A stretch of DNA of 64,000 nucleotides from Minisyncoccota bacterium (GTDB lineage: Bacteria; Patescibacteriota; Minisyncoccia; Phycocordibacterales; JACRKE01), in contig JBAZWG010000001.1 in NCBI GenBank assembly GCA_041660505.1, forward strand, positions 307,979 to 371,978, given 5' to 3'. A program made the translations under genes and the position numbers. This document shows, one piece after another, positions 9,036-16,867 of the stretch. Under the pieces are notes generated by a model, which saw nothing but the letters and a program-made list of their open reading frames with translations, was not told the origin of the DNA and made no database searches. Each line of letters begins with the position of its first letter. Position 1 is the first letter of the stretch.

Positions 9036-9098
9036 TGTACTTGGACGCTTGGCTTCTGGGAACAGGGCACGGAAGCCGAGCGTCCAAGTTCCTTATCT
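9036..9098. repeat. Family-2 hairpin element (TTGGACGCTYGGCTTC ... GAAGCCGAGCGTCCAA)
   Basis: 16-bp perfect inverted arms at 9041-9056 and 9072-9087, with loop tgggaacagggcacg. It lies between the rpsQ stop and the rplN start. Confidence 0.8.
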
Positions 9099-9359
9099 TA
9101 TCTTTTCGACAATAGTGAAGCGCTTCTCCTTTGACATCGGACGGCATGGCATCATGCGGACGACATCCCCTGCGGCGTACTCATTCTTCTCGTCATGTGC
9201 CTTAAACTTCTTATCGTGCACGATAAACTTGCCGTACTTCGGGTGTTTCTTATAGGTTGAGACGAGCACGACCGCAGTCTTGTCCATTTTGTGCGACAAG
9301 ATTTTACCTTGTAAGCCCTTGCCTATTTTCTGACCTGTTTTTTGTGTTTTTGTTTCCAT
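9093..9359 (-). CDS. rpsQ: 30S ribosomal protein S17
   Basis: METKTQKTGQKIGKGLQGKILSHKMDKTAVVLVSTYKKHPKYGKFIV... matches S17. The track ORF extends to 9386 through the family-1 repeat (MNLKEDKII prefix). The start is placed at the ATG at 9357-9359. Confidence 0.9.
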   Translation of the reverse strand: METKTQKTGQKIGKGLQGKILSHKMDKTAVVLVSTYKKHPKYGKFIVHDKKFKAHDEKNEYAAGDVVRMMPCRPMSKEKRFTIVEKIR

Positions 9360-9377
9360 AATAATTTTGTCTTCTTT

Positions 9378-9412
9378 AAGGTTCAACCTTTTGGATGCCT
9401 AGGGTTGAACCT
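9378..9412. repeat. Family-1 paired palindrome
   Basis: aaggttcaaccttttggatgcctagggttgaacctt lies between rpmC and rpsQ. Confidence 0.8.
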
Positions 9413-9422
9413 TTTCCAGTCT

Positions 9423-9629
9423 TTACTTTTTCTCGTTCAATTTAGTCAGAATTCGGGCGATATCGCGCTTCATAACACTTGATGCCTTCACGTTCTTCAC
9501 TCGCGCGCCGGAGACACCGAAGCGGAAGTTCTTTAACGCCTCGCGTTTCTCGCCGAGCATTTTCTTCAAGGCATCGGTGCCTGAGTCTTGAACTTCTTTG
9601 CGATGAGTTGTAGTGTGTTTCGTTGCCAT
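9423..9629 (-). CDS. rpmC: 50S ribosomal protein L29
   Basis: MATKHTTTHRKEVQDSGTDALKKMLGEKREALKNFRFGVSGARVKN... matches L29. The track ORF extends N-terminally through the family-2 hairpin. The start is placed at the ATG at 9627-9629. Confidence 0.85.
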   Translation of the reverse strand: MATKHTTTHRKEVQDSGTDALKKMLGEKREALKNFRFGVSGARVKNVKASSVMKRDIARILTKLNEKK

Positions 9630-9643
9630 ATTTTTTGTATTTT

Positions 9644-9702
9644 GTACTTGGACGCTCGGCTTCTGGGAACAGGGCACGGAAGCCGAGCGTCCAAGTTCCT
9701 TA
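9644..9702. repeat. Family-2 hairpin element
   Basis: Arms at 9648-9663 and 9679-9694 carry the same loop as the 9036 copy. It lies between the rplP stop and the rpmC start. Confidence 0.8.
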
Positions 9703-10116
9703 TCTTGCTATAATCCTTGTCTTAACGCCGAGCTTCGTGCCTGCTTTGCGGAGCGCCTCGCGCGCCGTTGCCTCATCGGTACCGTCGATCTCAAAGAGAA
9801 TACGACCCGGGTCCACCTGGACGCAGTAGCCTTGCGGATCGCCCTTGCCCTTACCCATCTTCACTTCTGCCGGCTTGGCGGTGAATGGTCGGTCGGGGAA
9901 GACGCGAATCCAGAGCTTACCCGTCTTCTTCAAGCATCGCATGATTGCTTTGCGGGATGCTTCAATCTCGTTCGAGCGGATGCGGTCGTGACCCTCGGTC
10001 TTGAGTCCGAATGAACCGAAGGCGAGCGTGGTACCGCGCGTCTCCATGCGCACTTTGCCTGTGTTTTTGCGGCCGGTCTGCCACTTTCTGAATTTTACTT
10101 TTTTCGGGAGTAACAT
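9700..10116 (-). CDS. rplP: 50S ribosomal protein L16
   Basis: [40 protein letters not shown]... matches L16. The track ORF start at 10143 lies in the family-1 repeat; the ATG at 10114-10116 is preferred. Confidence 0.92.
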   Translation of the reverse strand: MLLPKKVKFRKWQTGRKNTGKVRMETRGTTLAFGSFGLKTEGHDRIRSNEIEASRKAIMRCLKKTGKLWIRVFPDRPFTAKPAEVKMGKGKGDPQGYCVQVDPGRILFEIDGTDEATAREALRKAGTKLGVKTRIIAR

Positions 10117-10134
10117 AAATTTTTTGTCTTCTTT

Positions 10135-10170
10135 AAGGTTCAACCTTTTGGATGCCTAAGGTTGAACCTT
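10135..10170. repeat. Family-1 paired palindrome
   Basis: aaggttcaaccttttggatgcctaaggttgaacctt lies between rpsC and rplP. Confidence 0.8.
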
Positions 10171-10179
10171 TTCCAGTCT

Positions 10180-10872
10180 TTATTTCTTTGCTTCGTTCTG
10201 CGTCTGCGACTTCTTGGCGGCTTCGAAGATTTCTCCGCGATAAATCCATACTTTGATACCAATGTCGCCATATGACATGTGCGCCTTTTCGCGAGCGAAG
10301 TCGATATCGGCGCGGAGTGTCTGAAGCGGGAGACGTCCTTTCATCAGCGCTTCTCGGCGGCTCATATCAGCACCGCCCAAACGGCCGGACAGTACGACGC
10401 GCACGCCTTGCACGTCGCGGTTGGCGGACACTTTCTCGATTGCTTGCTTCATAACGCGACGGAATGTCAGGCGCTTCTCCAAGCTCTCGGCAATCTGCAT
10501 TGCGACGACTGCCGCATGCTTCTCCGGTACGCGGACCTCTTCAATCTCGAGACGCACATCCTTTGGTACCTCGATCTTCCAGCGTTTGAGCTGGGCCATG
10601 ATGTCGGTGCGGAGTTTGGTTACCCCTTCCCCACTTCTGCCGATAATCATACCCGGGCGGGCGGTCTTGATGATGATTTTATAGCTGTTGGCACCGCGCT
10701 CGAATTCAATACCGTCCAGAGAGTACGGGCGCAATTTCTTTTGTAAATATTCACGAAGAAGCACGTCGGCCTTCAAGAACGAACGGAATTTGCCGGCCTC
10801 GCCATACCAGCGCGAGCGCCAGTCTCGCAGAATTACCAATCTATGTGCATATGGATGGACTTTGTGTGACAT
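10180..10872 (-). CDS. rpsC: 30S ribosomal protein S3
   Basis: 230 aa. MSHKVHPYAHRLVILRDWRSRWYGEAGKFRSFL...KH domain...GIKVWIYRGE matches S3. Confidence 0.95.
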   Translation of the reverse strand: MSHKVHPYAHRLVILRDWRSRWYGEAGKFRSFLKADVLLREYLQKKLRPYSLDGIEFERGANSYKIIIKTARPGMIIGRSGEGVTKLRTDIMAQLKRWKIEVPKDVRLEIEEVRVPEKHAAVVAMQIAESLEKRLTFRRVMKQAIEKVSANRDVQGVRVVLSGRLGGADMSRREALMKGRLPLQTLRADIDFAREKAHMSYGDIGIKVWIYRGEIFEAAKKSQTQNEAKK

Positions 10873-10874
10873 AA

Positions 10875-11270
10875 TTATTTTTGAACTTGGACGCTTGGCT
10901 TCCGGGCCTTGTTTTGAGAAGCCGAGCGTCCAAGTTCCTTACCTTCATCGAGCGTAAGCGAGATGTGGCTGGTGCGCTTGTGGATCGGGTAGGCTCGGCC
11001 GAAGGCGCGGGGCATTGAGCGCTTCATTGTGACACCGGCGTTAACCGTTACATTCTTCACCATCAAGCTGTCTTTGTTCAATTTAAAATTATTCTCTGCG
11101 TTGGCAACAGCGGACATAAGCAATTTCTTCATTGGAGCCGCACCGCGCTTAACCATAAGGTCGAGCTGGGCCAAAGCGTCACTCACCTGCCTGCCGCGAA
11201 TAGCGTCGGCAATGAGACGGACTTTGCGGGGTGATTGTCTATAAGATTGTAATGATGCTTTGACTTCCAT
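10875..11270 (-). CDS. rplV: 50S ribosomal protein L22, with a repeat-encoded C-terminal extension
   Basis: MEVKASLQSYRQSPRKVRLIADAIRGRQVSDALAQLDLM... matches L22. The last ~19 aa (LGRSASQNKARKPSVQVQK) are encoded by the family-2 hairpin. The stop abuts the rpsC ATG. Confidence 0.9.
   Translation of the reverse strand: MEVKASLQSYRQSPRKVRLIADAIRGRQVSDALAQLDLMVKRGAAPMKKLLMSAVANAENNFKLNKDSLMVKNVTVNAGVTMKRSMPRAFGRAYPIHKRTSHISLTLDEGKELGRSASQNKARKPSVQVQK
10882..10942. repeat. Family-2 hairpin element, translated as the C-terminal tail of rplV
   Basis: Arms at 10887-10902 and 10919-10934 carry a different loop (cgggccttgttttgaga). No stop codon separates the conserved L22 body from the element. 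Confidence 0.75.
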
Positions 11271-11301
11271 ATTCTTAAATTCTCAAATTCTCTAATTCTG
11301 T

Positions 11302-11655
11302 TTATTTCTTCGCTCCCGTGGCTGCAGTCGTCGCCTCTTTGGCAGACTTAGCGGCGTTAAGCTCAGCCTCCTTCTTTTTGGCTTCAAGCTCCTTCTGCAT
11401 CTTACCACCATGGCGAAGGAATTTGCGGGTAACCGAGAATTCGCCCAATCGATGCCCCACCATGTCTTCGGTCACAAGGACCTCGATATGTGCACGGCCG
11501 TTGTGGACGCCAAACTTGAATCCGACCATCTCCGGCGCGATCTGGCAGGCGCGCGACCAAGTCTTAATAACCCCGGCTTGATCCGGCTTCTTACCCTCAA
11601 TCTTTTTCATGAGTCGCGGGTCGACGTATGGGCCTTTCTTGAGTGATCGTGACAT
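11302..11655 (-). CDS. rpsS: 30S ribosomal protein S19
   Basis: [57 protein letters not shown]... matches S19, with a Lys/Ala-rich C-terminal tail. Confidence 0.93.
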   Translation of the reverse strand: MSRSLKKGPYVDPRLMKKIEGKKPDQAGVIKTWSRACQIAPEMVGFKFGVHNGRAHIEVLVTEDMVGHRLGEFSVTRKFLRHGGKMQKELEAKKKEAELNAAKSAKEATTAATGAKK

Positions 11656-11731
11656 TGTTTTGAAAATAATGTCCCCAAAGGGACAATGCGCTATACTACC
11701 AGAAAACAGCCCCCTCTGTCAACGAAAATAT

Positions 11732-11762
11732 CCCATGTCCGAGGTCTCGCCTCGGACATGGG
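11732..11762. repeat. REP-like hairpin (family 3) immediately after the transposase stop
   Basis: cccatgtccgaggtctcgcctcggacatggg has a 13-bp stem and a 5-nt loop. Confidence 0.85.
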
Positions 11763-11763
11763 A

Positions 11764-12564
11764 TTATTCCTTAAATCCGAGCTCGGCTATGGCTGGGTCC
11801 TCCCCCTCAACCAGTTCTTCAGCATCTTCGAACAAGAAGTCTCGGTGCTCTTTTTTATCTTCGAAGATCTCCCAAAATAACTCGGGCGTAAGTAGTGAAG
11901 GAAAGTTTTTCGCTCCCAAATAGTCAGCACAGCTCGACCAGCGATAATTCTTCAAAAAAGCCTCTATTCTTCTATTGTCCGAGGCGAGACCTCGGACATC
12001 GTGTATTGGCATGAGATCGACGGGATTAAGGTGTATATATCGCGCCAATACCGGAAGATACTGCTCATTGGTCACTTCCTTGCTCTTGAATAGTCCTTGG
12101 TAAAGTGCGCCTGTGCGCTTGTGCTTTTTATTAAAAAACATCGTATGCCCTGTCAGAACTTTTTGCATGAACTTACTCAATCCCGTATCGGTCTTCGGCG
12201 AAAGTAGGAGGTGGATATGGTTCGGCATCAGCGCATAGGCCACAATGTCTACGAGCTTCTCCCGTTTATCGGGCTTTTCTGTCTTGTCCGAGGTCTCGCC
12301 TCGGACATTAGAATTTGAGGGGGTTTTACCTGCGTCGCCCTTCAGTTTACCTTCGTTGCGGATCTTTTCTATCGGTGCGGTGTCGTTACAGACATACAAA
12401 TAATGAATAAACCGCCTGTAGTCGCGATTGTCCAGAAAAATATCGCGCTTCTCCGTCCCCCGATTATAGATATGATAATAAGCTCCCGCCTCAAATGGTA
12501 TTCGTTCCATATAGCCTAGTATACCACGGATAATGGCGGAGGTTGAACCTCCGCCATATAACAA
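11764..12564 (-). mobile_element. tnpA: IS200/IS605-type HuH tyrosine transposase (REP-associated RAYT-like), inserted between rpsS and rplB
   Basis: It contains an HuH motif (ALMPNHIHLLL) and a downstream tyrosine region (ARYIHLNP). The likely real start is MERIPFEAGAYYHIYNRG at 12510. Two copies of the GTCCGAGG-N5-CCTCGGAC hairpin lie in-frame inside it, at 11976-11999 and 12285-12307, encoding VRGLASD and VRGETSD. A ggcggaggttgaacctccgcc hairpin at 12533-12553 sits just upstream. Confidence 0.75.
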
Positions 12565-12611
12565 AAAACACCATTCTTATTGAATAGTGTTTTTTAGTTT
12601 TGATTTTCTTT

Positions 12612-13451
12612 TTATCGAGCTTTGCGGCCGGGGCGTCTACTGACGACGAAGACGTTTGAATACTTCTTGGGTGTGCGGGTTTTGTGGCCTCCGGTGACCT
12701 TTCCAGTGCGGGTCTTTGGGCGCTTGGTGCCACGGCCTTGGCGGCCTTCTCCACCACCATATGGATGATCTACCGGGTTCATGGCCGTACCACGGACCTT
12801 CGGACGTCTACCGAGCCAGCGTGATTTGCCTGCCTTGCCTAATTGAACGAGTTGGTTCTCATCATTCGATACTGCGCCAATCGTGGCGTAACTGTTCTCG
12901 TTGACTTTGCGGACTTCGCCGGATGGGAGTTTGATACTCGTAAATCCTGCGTCGGATGCAAGCACTTCACAAAAATTACCGGCCGAGCGGGCGATCTTGG
13001 CGCCGCCACGGGGGTGAATTTCGATATTATAGACAAATGTTCCGGCCATCAGTTTCTTGAGCGGCAGTCTGTTGCCGGTTGCGACCGGTGCATTCTCGGA
13101 CACAATAAAGCTGTCGCCTACTTTCATGTTCTTCGGTGCCAAAATATAGCGACGTTCACCATCTTTATAGAGTACGAGCGCAATGAAGCCTGTGCGGTTC
13201 GGGTCATATTCAACAGACTCGACAGTCGCCGGAATATCAAATTTGTTGTACATGAAATCCACAAGGCGATACATGCGCTTGTGTCCGCCACCTTTGTGGA
13301 ACGAAGTAACACGACCCTTATTATTACGGCCAACATCGCGCTTACCACCCAAGGTAAGAGCCTTATGTGGTTCATTACGCGTAATAAACTCCCGGTAATT
13401 GATGCCGGTCATATTGCGTCTGGATTTGGATGTGGGAGAGTAGTGTTTCAT
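12612..13451 (-). CDS. rplB: 50S ribosomal protein L2
   Basis: 279 aa. It carries the ...GGGHKRMYR... and ...HPYGGGEGR... motifs of L2. Confidence 0.96.
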   Translation of the reverse strand: MKHYSPTSKSRRNMTGINYREFITRNEPHKALTLGGKRDVGRNNKGRVTSFHKGGGHKRMYRLVDFMYNKFDIPATVESVEYDPNRTGFIALVLYKDGERRYILAPKNMKVGDSFIVSENAPVATGNRLPLKKLMAGTFVYNIEIHPRGGAKIARSAGNFCEVLASDAGFTSIKLPSGEVRKVNENSYATIGAVSNDENQLVQLGKAGKSRWLGRRPKVRGTAMNPVDHPYGGGEGRQGRGTKRPKTRTGKVTGGHKTRTPKKYSNVFVVSRRPGRKAR

Positions 13452-13460
13452 ATTGGTTTT

Positions 13461-13499
13461 CCGAGGCGAGACCTCCGCCTTTGCCGGAGGTCTCGCCTC
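13461..13499. repeat. GC-rich hairpin related to family 3 (GAGGCGAGACCTCCG / CGGAGGTCTCGCCTC)
   Basis: 15-bp perfect inverted arms around loop cctttgc, between rplW and rplB. Confidence 0.8.
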
Positions 13500-13507
13500 T
13501 TCTATCG

Positions 13508-13804
13508 TTATGCAATTTCAATCTTATCGCCCTTTTTTAAATAGATTACCGCTTTCTTCACGCCTCCCTTGAAGCCGGCTTTACCGCGGACGACGACCGC
13601 CTTGCGCGGATTGGTCGTGATAGCCACCTTCTTCGGTGTGACACCGAACAGTTTCTTAACGGCATTAACCACTTCTGCCTTGTTGGCGCGCGCGTCAATC
13701 TCGAAGGTATATGTAGGAGTGTCCACGCGCTCGGCAAGCATCGTCGCCTTCTCTGTTATGCGCGGTCTTCGTAATACCGTAAATTGTGCGTGTAAATTTT
13801 TCAT
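13508..13804 (-). CDS. rplW: 50S ribosomal protein L23
   Basis: MKNLHAQFTVLRRPRITEKATMLAERVDTPTYTFEIDARANKAEVVNAVKKLFGV... matches L23. Confidence 0.92.
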   Translation of the reverse strand: MKNLHAQFTVLRRPRITEKATMLAERVDTPTYTFEIDARANKAEVVNAVKKLFGVTPKKVAITTNPRKAVVVRGKAGFKGGVKKAVIYLKKGDKIEIA

Positions 13805-13805
13805 A

Positions 13806-14468
13806 TTATGCGCGGTTGGCCAGCTTCTTTAAACTTTTTTCCGGATTCTCGATTACGATATATTTATACTGCAGTGCATCGACCGGGTTAATGTTGCGTG
13901 CCTCATCAATCTTGGCCGACTGGATATTGCGGAAGCTCTTGAAGAGTTCGGTATTGGCCTCGCCCATAAGGACAAGGGCGCGCGAACCATTCTTGTACGC
14001 GATCTTCTCGTAGCCGGAAATTTTCGAAAATGCAACAAGACTCTCGGCTGCTTTCTTGGTCTTGGGTGCGGCGCCAAAGTTGAAGCTGTCAACGAAAAGC
14101 AATTCGCCCTCCTTCATCTTTTGCGACAAGATAGCGAACAAGGCCTTGGTCTTCATCTGCTTGTTGACCTTGCGAACGTAGTTGCGCTCCTTTAATGGTC
14201 CGTGTGTGACTCCACCGTGGCGCCATAATGGCGAACGGATAGAGCCATGGCGTGCGCGGCCTGTCCCCTTCTGCTTCCACGGCTTGATACCGCCACCGGC
14301 CACTTCGGCGCGATCTTTGGCATCCGCCCACGGCTCACGAGCTGACGATTGCATCGAAGTAATCACTTGGTGCACCATGTCGCTATTCCACGGCGTCGAG
14401 AATACCGAACGTGGGAGTGTTACCTTGCCCGTCTCTTTGCCCTCTTGATTGTAGACTTTTGCTTCCAT
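13806..14468 (-). CDS. rplD: 50S ribosomal protein L4
   Basis: 220 aa. ...PWKQKGTGRARHGSIRSPLWRHGGVTHGP... matches L4. Confidence 0.94.
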   Translation of the reverse strand: MEAKVYNQEGKETGKVTLPRSVFSTPWNSDMVHQVITSMQSSAREPWADAKDRAEVAGGGIKPWKQKGTGRARHGSIRSPLWRHGGVTHGPLKERNYVRKVNKQMKTKALFAILSQKMKEGELLFVDSFNFGAAPKTKKAAESLVAFSKISGYEKIAYKNGSRALVLMGEANTELFKSFRNIQSAKIDEARNINPVDALQYKYIVIENPEKSLKKLANRA

Positions 14469-14498
14469 ATGTATTTTCTAAAAACTACAAACTAAAAA

Positions 14499-15110
14499 CT
14501 AGTTCTTGCTTCGTATTTCCAACAGTGTTCCCCGACGTCCCGGAACTGCGCCTTCGATAAATAATTTGCCTGCTTCTGAATCAACCCTGACGATTTTGAG
14601 ATTGCGAACGGTGACGCGGTCACTGCCCATGCGGCCGCCCATTTTCTTGCCGCGGAAGACGCGTTGGATACCGCCGGCACCGAGTGAGCCCGGGGCATGT
14701 TCCGAGTGCTTCTGACCATGCGAGCGCGGACCGCCATGGAAGCCGTGACGTTTGATAACACCTTGGAATCCTTTACCCTTAGACGTGCCCGAGACGTGTA
14801 CAACATCGCCCTCTTTGAACTGTGTTAGATCAAGGGCTGAACCGCGAGCAAGATCCGGAACGGTGCGCTTGAAGCGGAACTCTTTAATGGCTTTGGGCTT
14901 GCCTAACTCCTTAACATGTCCGGCAACGGACTTGGAAATATGCTTTCTTGTGCCATAAGCAACCTGCGCGGCATCATATCCATCCTTGGCTTTTGTCTTT
15001 ACTTGAGTGACGACATTGGCGGCGGCGTTAATAACCGTGACCGGATGCACCGTGCCTTTGTCATCGAAGATCTGACTCATGTATTCTTTTGTACCCAAAA
15101 TGAACTTCAT
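14499..15110 (-). CDS. rplC: 50S ribosomal protein L3
   Basis: 203 aa. MKFILGTKEYMSQIFDDKGTVHPVTVI...SGTSKGKGFQGVIKRHGF... matches L3. Confidence 0.95.
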   Translation of the reverse strand: MKFILGTKEYMSQIFDDKGTVHPVTVINAAANVVTQVKTKAKDGYDAAQVAYGTRKHISKSVAGHVKELGKPKAIKEFRFKRTVPDLARGSALDLTQFKEGDVVHVSGTSKGKGFQGVIKRHGFHGGPRSHGQKHSEHAPGSLGAGGIQRVFRGKKMGGRMGSDRVTVRNLKIVRVDSEAGKLFIEGAVPGRRGTLLEIRSKN

Positions 15111-15133
15111 AACGGAATTTTAGAATTTAGGAA

Positions 15134-15481
15134 TTACAGCATCTTTACGTCAATATTCACACCGGCTGGCAAACTTAAATTCGTGAGCGACTCGACAATC
15201 TTGGCCGATGGCGACAGGATGTCGATCAAGCGCTTGTGCGTACGCATCTCGAACTGTTCGCGGGAATTTTTGTCGATGAAGGCACCTCTATTGACCGTAT
15301 ACTTCTTGATATCGGTCGGGAGCGGAGTCGGACCTTCTACTGCCGCCTCGTTCCTCATCGCGGTATCTATAATCTGGCGAACACTCTGATCCAGGATCTT
15401 GTGTTCGTAAGCAGACACGCGAATGCGGAGCTTCGTCGGCTTGTCCTTGGCTGATTCAATTTTCTTGGTTTTTGTTGCCAT
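15134..15481 (-). CDS. rpsJ: 30S ribosomal protein S10
   Basis: ...[40 protein letters not shown]... matches S10. Confidence 0.94.
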   Translation of the reverse strand: MATKTKKIESAKDKPTKLRIRVSAYEHKILDQSVRQIIDTAMRNEAAVEGPTPLPTDIKKYTVNRGAFIDKNSREQFEMRTHKRLIDILSPSAKIVESLTNLSLPAGVNIDVKML

Positions 15482-15487
15482 AGTGTA

Positions 15488-15527
15488 ATCGGAGGTCCGA
15501 CCTCCCTCTGGAGGTCGGACCTCCGAT
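15488..15527. repeat. GC-rich double palindrome (CGGAGGTCCGACCTCC arms)
   Basis: atcggaggtccgacctcc-ctct-ggaggtcggacctccgat lies between tuf and rpsJ. It is related to the CGGAGGTC family. Confidence 0.8.
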
Positions 15528-15531
15528 TTCT

Positions 15532-16722
15532 TTACGCGTTGATTTTCGTTACAACTCCTGCACCCACCGTCTTGCCACCTTCACGGATAGCGAAGCGTTG
15601 CTTCTCTTCCAAAGCTACCGGGGCCACGAGCTTGACTGTGATGTTGACCGTATCACCAGGCATAACCATCTCTGTGCCGGCCGGCAATGTCACGTCGCCC
15701 GTCACGTCCGTCGTGCGGACGTAGAACTGCGGCTTGTAACCATTGAAAAACGGCGTGTGACGGCCTCCTTCTTCTTTCTTCAAAACGTAAATTTCTGCGG
15801 TGAAATCGGTGTGAGGAGTGACTGAACCAGTCTTACATAGGACCTGACCGCGGGTAACATCTTCTTTCTTGGTACCGCGGAGGAGAATACCGGCATTGTC
15901 GCCAGCGATACCCTCGTCAAGCTGTTTGTTGAACATTTCGATACCGGTAACGGTCGTCTTGGAAGTCGGGTGAATGCCGACAATTTCTACTTCTTCACCT
16001 ACCTTAATCTTCCCGCGTTCTACACGGCCGGTGACCACAGTACCGCGGCCTTCAATAGAGAACACGTCTTCGATAGGCATGAGGAATGGCTTGGCGACAT
16101 CGCGAACAGGCTCAGGAATATAAGTATCCAAGGCGTCTGTGAGCTCAAGAACTTTCTTGACCCACTCATCATTTACATCCTTGCCTTCCAGCGCCTTAAG
16201 GCCGGAGCCGCGGATAATCGGACAATCCTTATCGAAGCCCTGCTTGGCCAATAGGTCGCGTACCTCCTCTTCAACGAGGTCGATAAGCTCTTTGTCGTCA
16301 ACCATGTCGCATTTGTTCAAGAAGACAAGTACCTTTGGCACACCAATCTGCTTGGCCAAAAGAATGTGCTCGCGAGTCTGTGGCATCACGCCATCGGTTG
16401 CGGCAACAACGAGAATAGCCCCATCCATCTGGGCGGCACCGGTGATCATGTTCTTGATATAGTCGGCGTGTCCCGGAGCGTCGATGTGCGCGTAGTGGCG
16501 TTTATCTGTGGCGTATTCGTTGTGAGAAAGGGCGATAGTAATACCGCGCGCCTTTTCTTCCGGCGCAGAGTCAATCTGGTCTACCGACTTCATGCGCACA
16601 GTCTTACCCGCCAAGTTGAGCGAGTGGAGGATGGCCGCGGTCAAAGTGGTCTTGCCGTGGTCAACGTGACCGATGGTGCCGACATTTACGTGCGGCTTGG
16701 AACGATCAAATGCTTCTGCCAT
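15532..16722 (-). CDS. tuf: Elongation factor Tu
   Basis: 396 aa. It has [18 protein letters not shown] and NKCD, the canonical GTPase motifs of EF-Tu. Confidence 0.98.
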   Translation of the reverse strand: MAEAFDRSKPHVNVGTIGHVDHGKTTLTAAILHSLNLAGKTVRMKSVDQIDSAPEEKARGITIALSHNEYATDKRHYAHIDAPGHADYIKNMITGAAQMDGAILVVAATDGVMPQTREHILLAKQIGVPKVLVFLNKCDMVDDKELIDLVEEEVRDLLAKQGFDKDCPIIRGSGLKALEGKDVNDEWVKKVLELTDALDTYIPEPVRDVAKPFLMPIEDVFSIEGRGTVVTGRVERGKIKVGEEVEIVGIHPTSKTTVTGIEMFNKQLDEGIAGDNAGILLRGTKKEDVTRGQVLCKTGSVTPHTDFTAEIYVLKKEEGGRHTPFFNGYKPQFYVRTTDVTGDVTLPAGTEMVMPGDTVNITVKLVAPVALEEKQRFAIREGGKTVGAGVVTKINA

Positions 16723-16807
16723 ATTTTTTAAATAAGATTATTAATACTAATTTTTTATAACGTCAGGAATCGCGCTCTACGAGGACGCAATACCTATTTA
16801 AAACAAA

Positions 16808-16845
16808 GCCACGCACATAATCATGCGTGGCTTGTATAGTAGCAG
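16808..16845 (-). terminator. Rho-independent terminator after the 1284-aa surface protein gene
   Basis: On the minus strand, gccacgca-tgattatgt-gcgtggc is followed by tttgtttt. Confidence 0.6.
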
Positions 16846-16867
16846 ATTCTAGGGCTATCCGTCAATA

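Noticed and set aside
9359-10143. N-terminal extensions MNLKEDK..., MPCSQKPSVQVQNTKN... and MNLGVD... on rpsQ, rpmC, rplP and pilB in the ORF track
   Set aside because: These arise from TTG or ATG starts inside the intergenic family-1 and family-2 repeats. The conserved protein N-termini begin at internal ATGs, which are used for the feature coordinates.
12533-12553. The ggcggaggttgaacctccgcc hairpin upstream of the transposase, considered as a separate fifth repeat family
   Set aside because: It is a hybrid of the family-1 core (aggttgaacct) and the family-3 flank (cggagg). It is recorded under the transposase feature rather than as a separate family.
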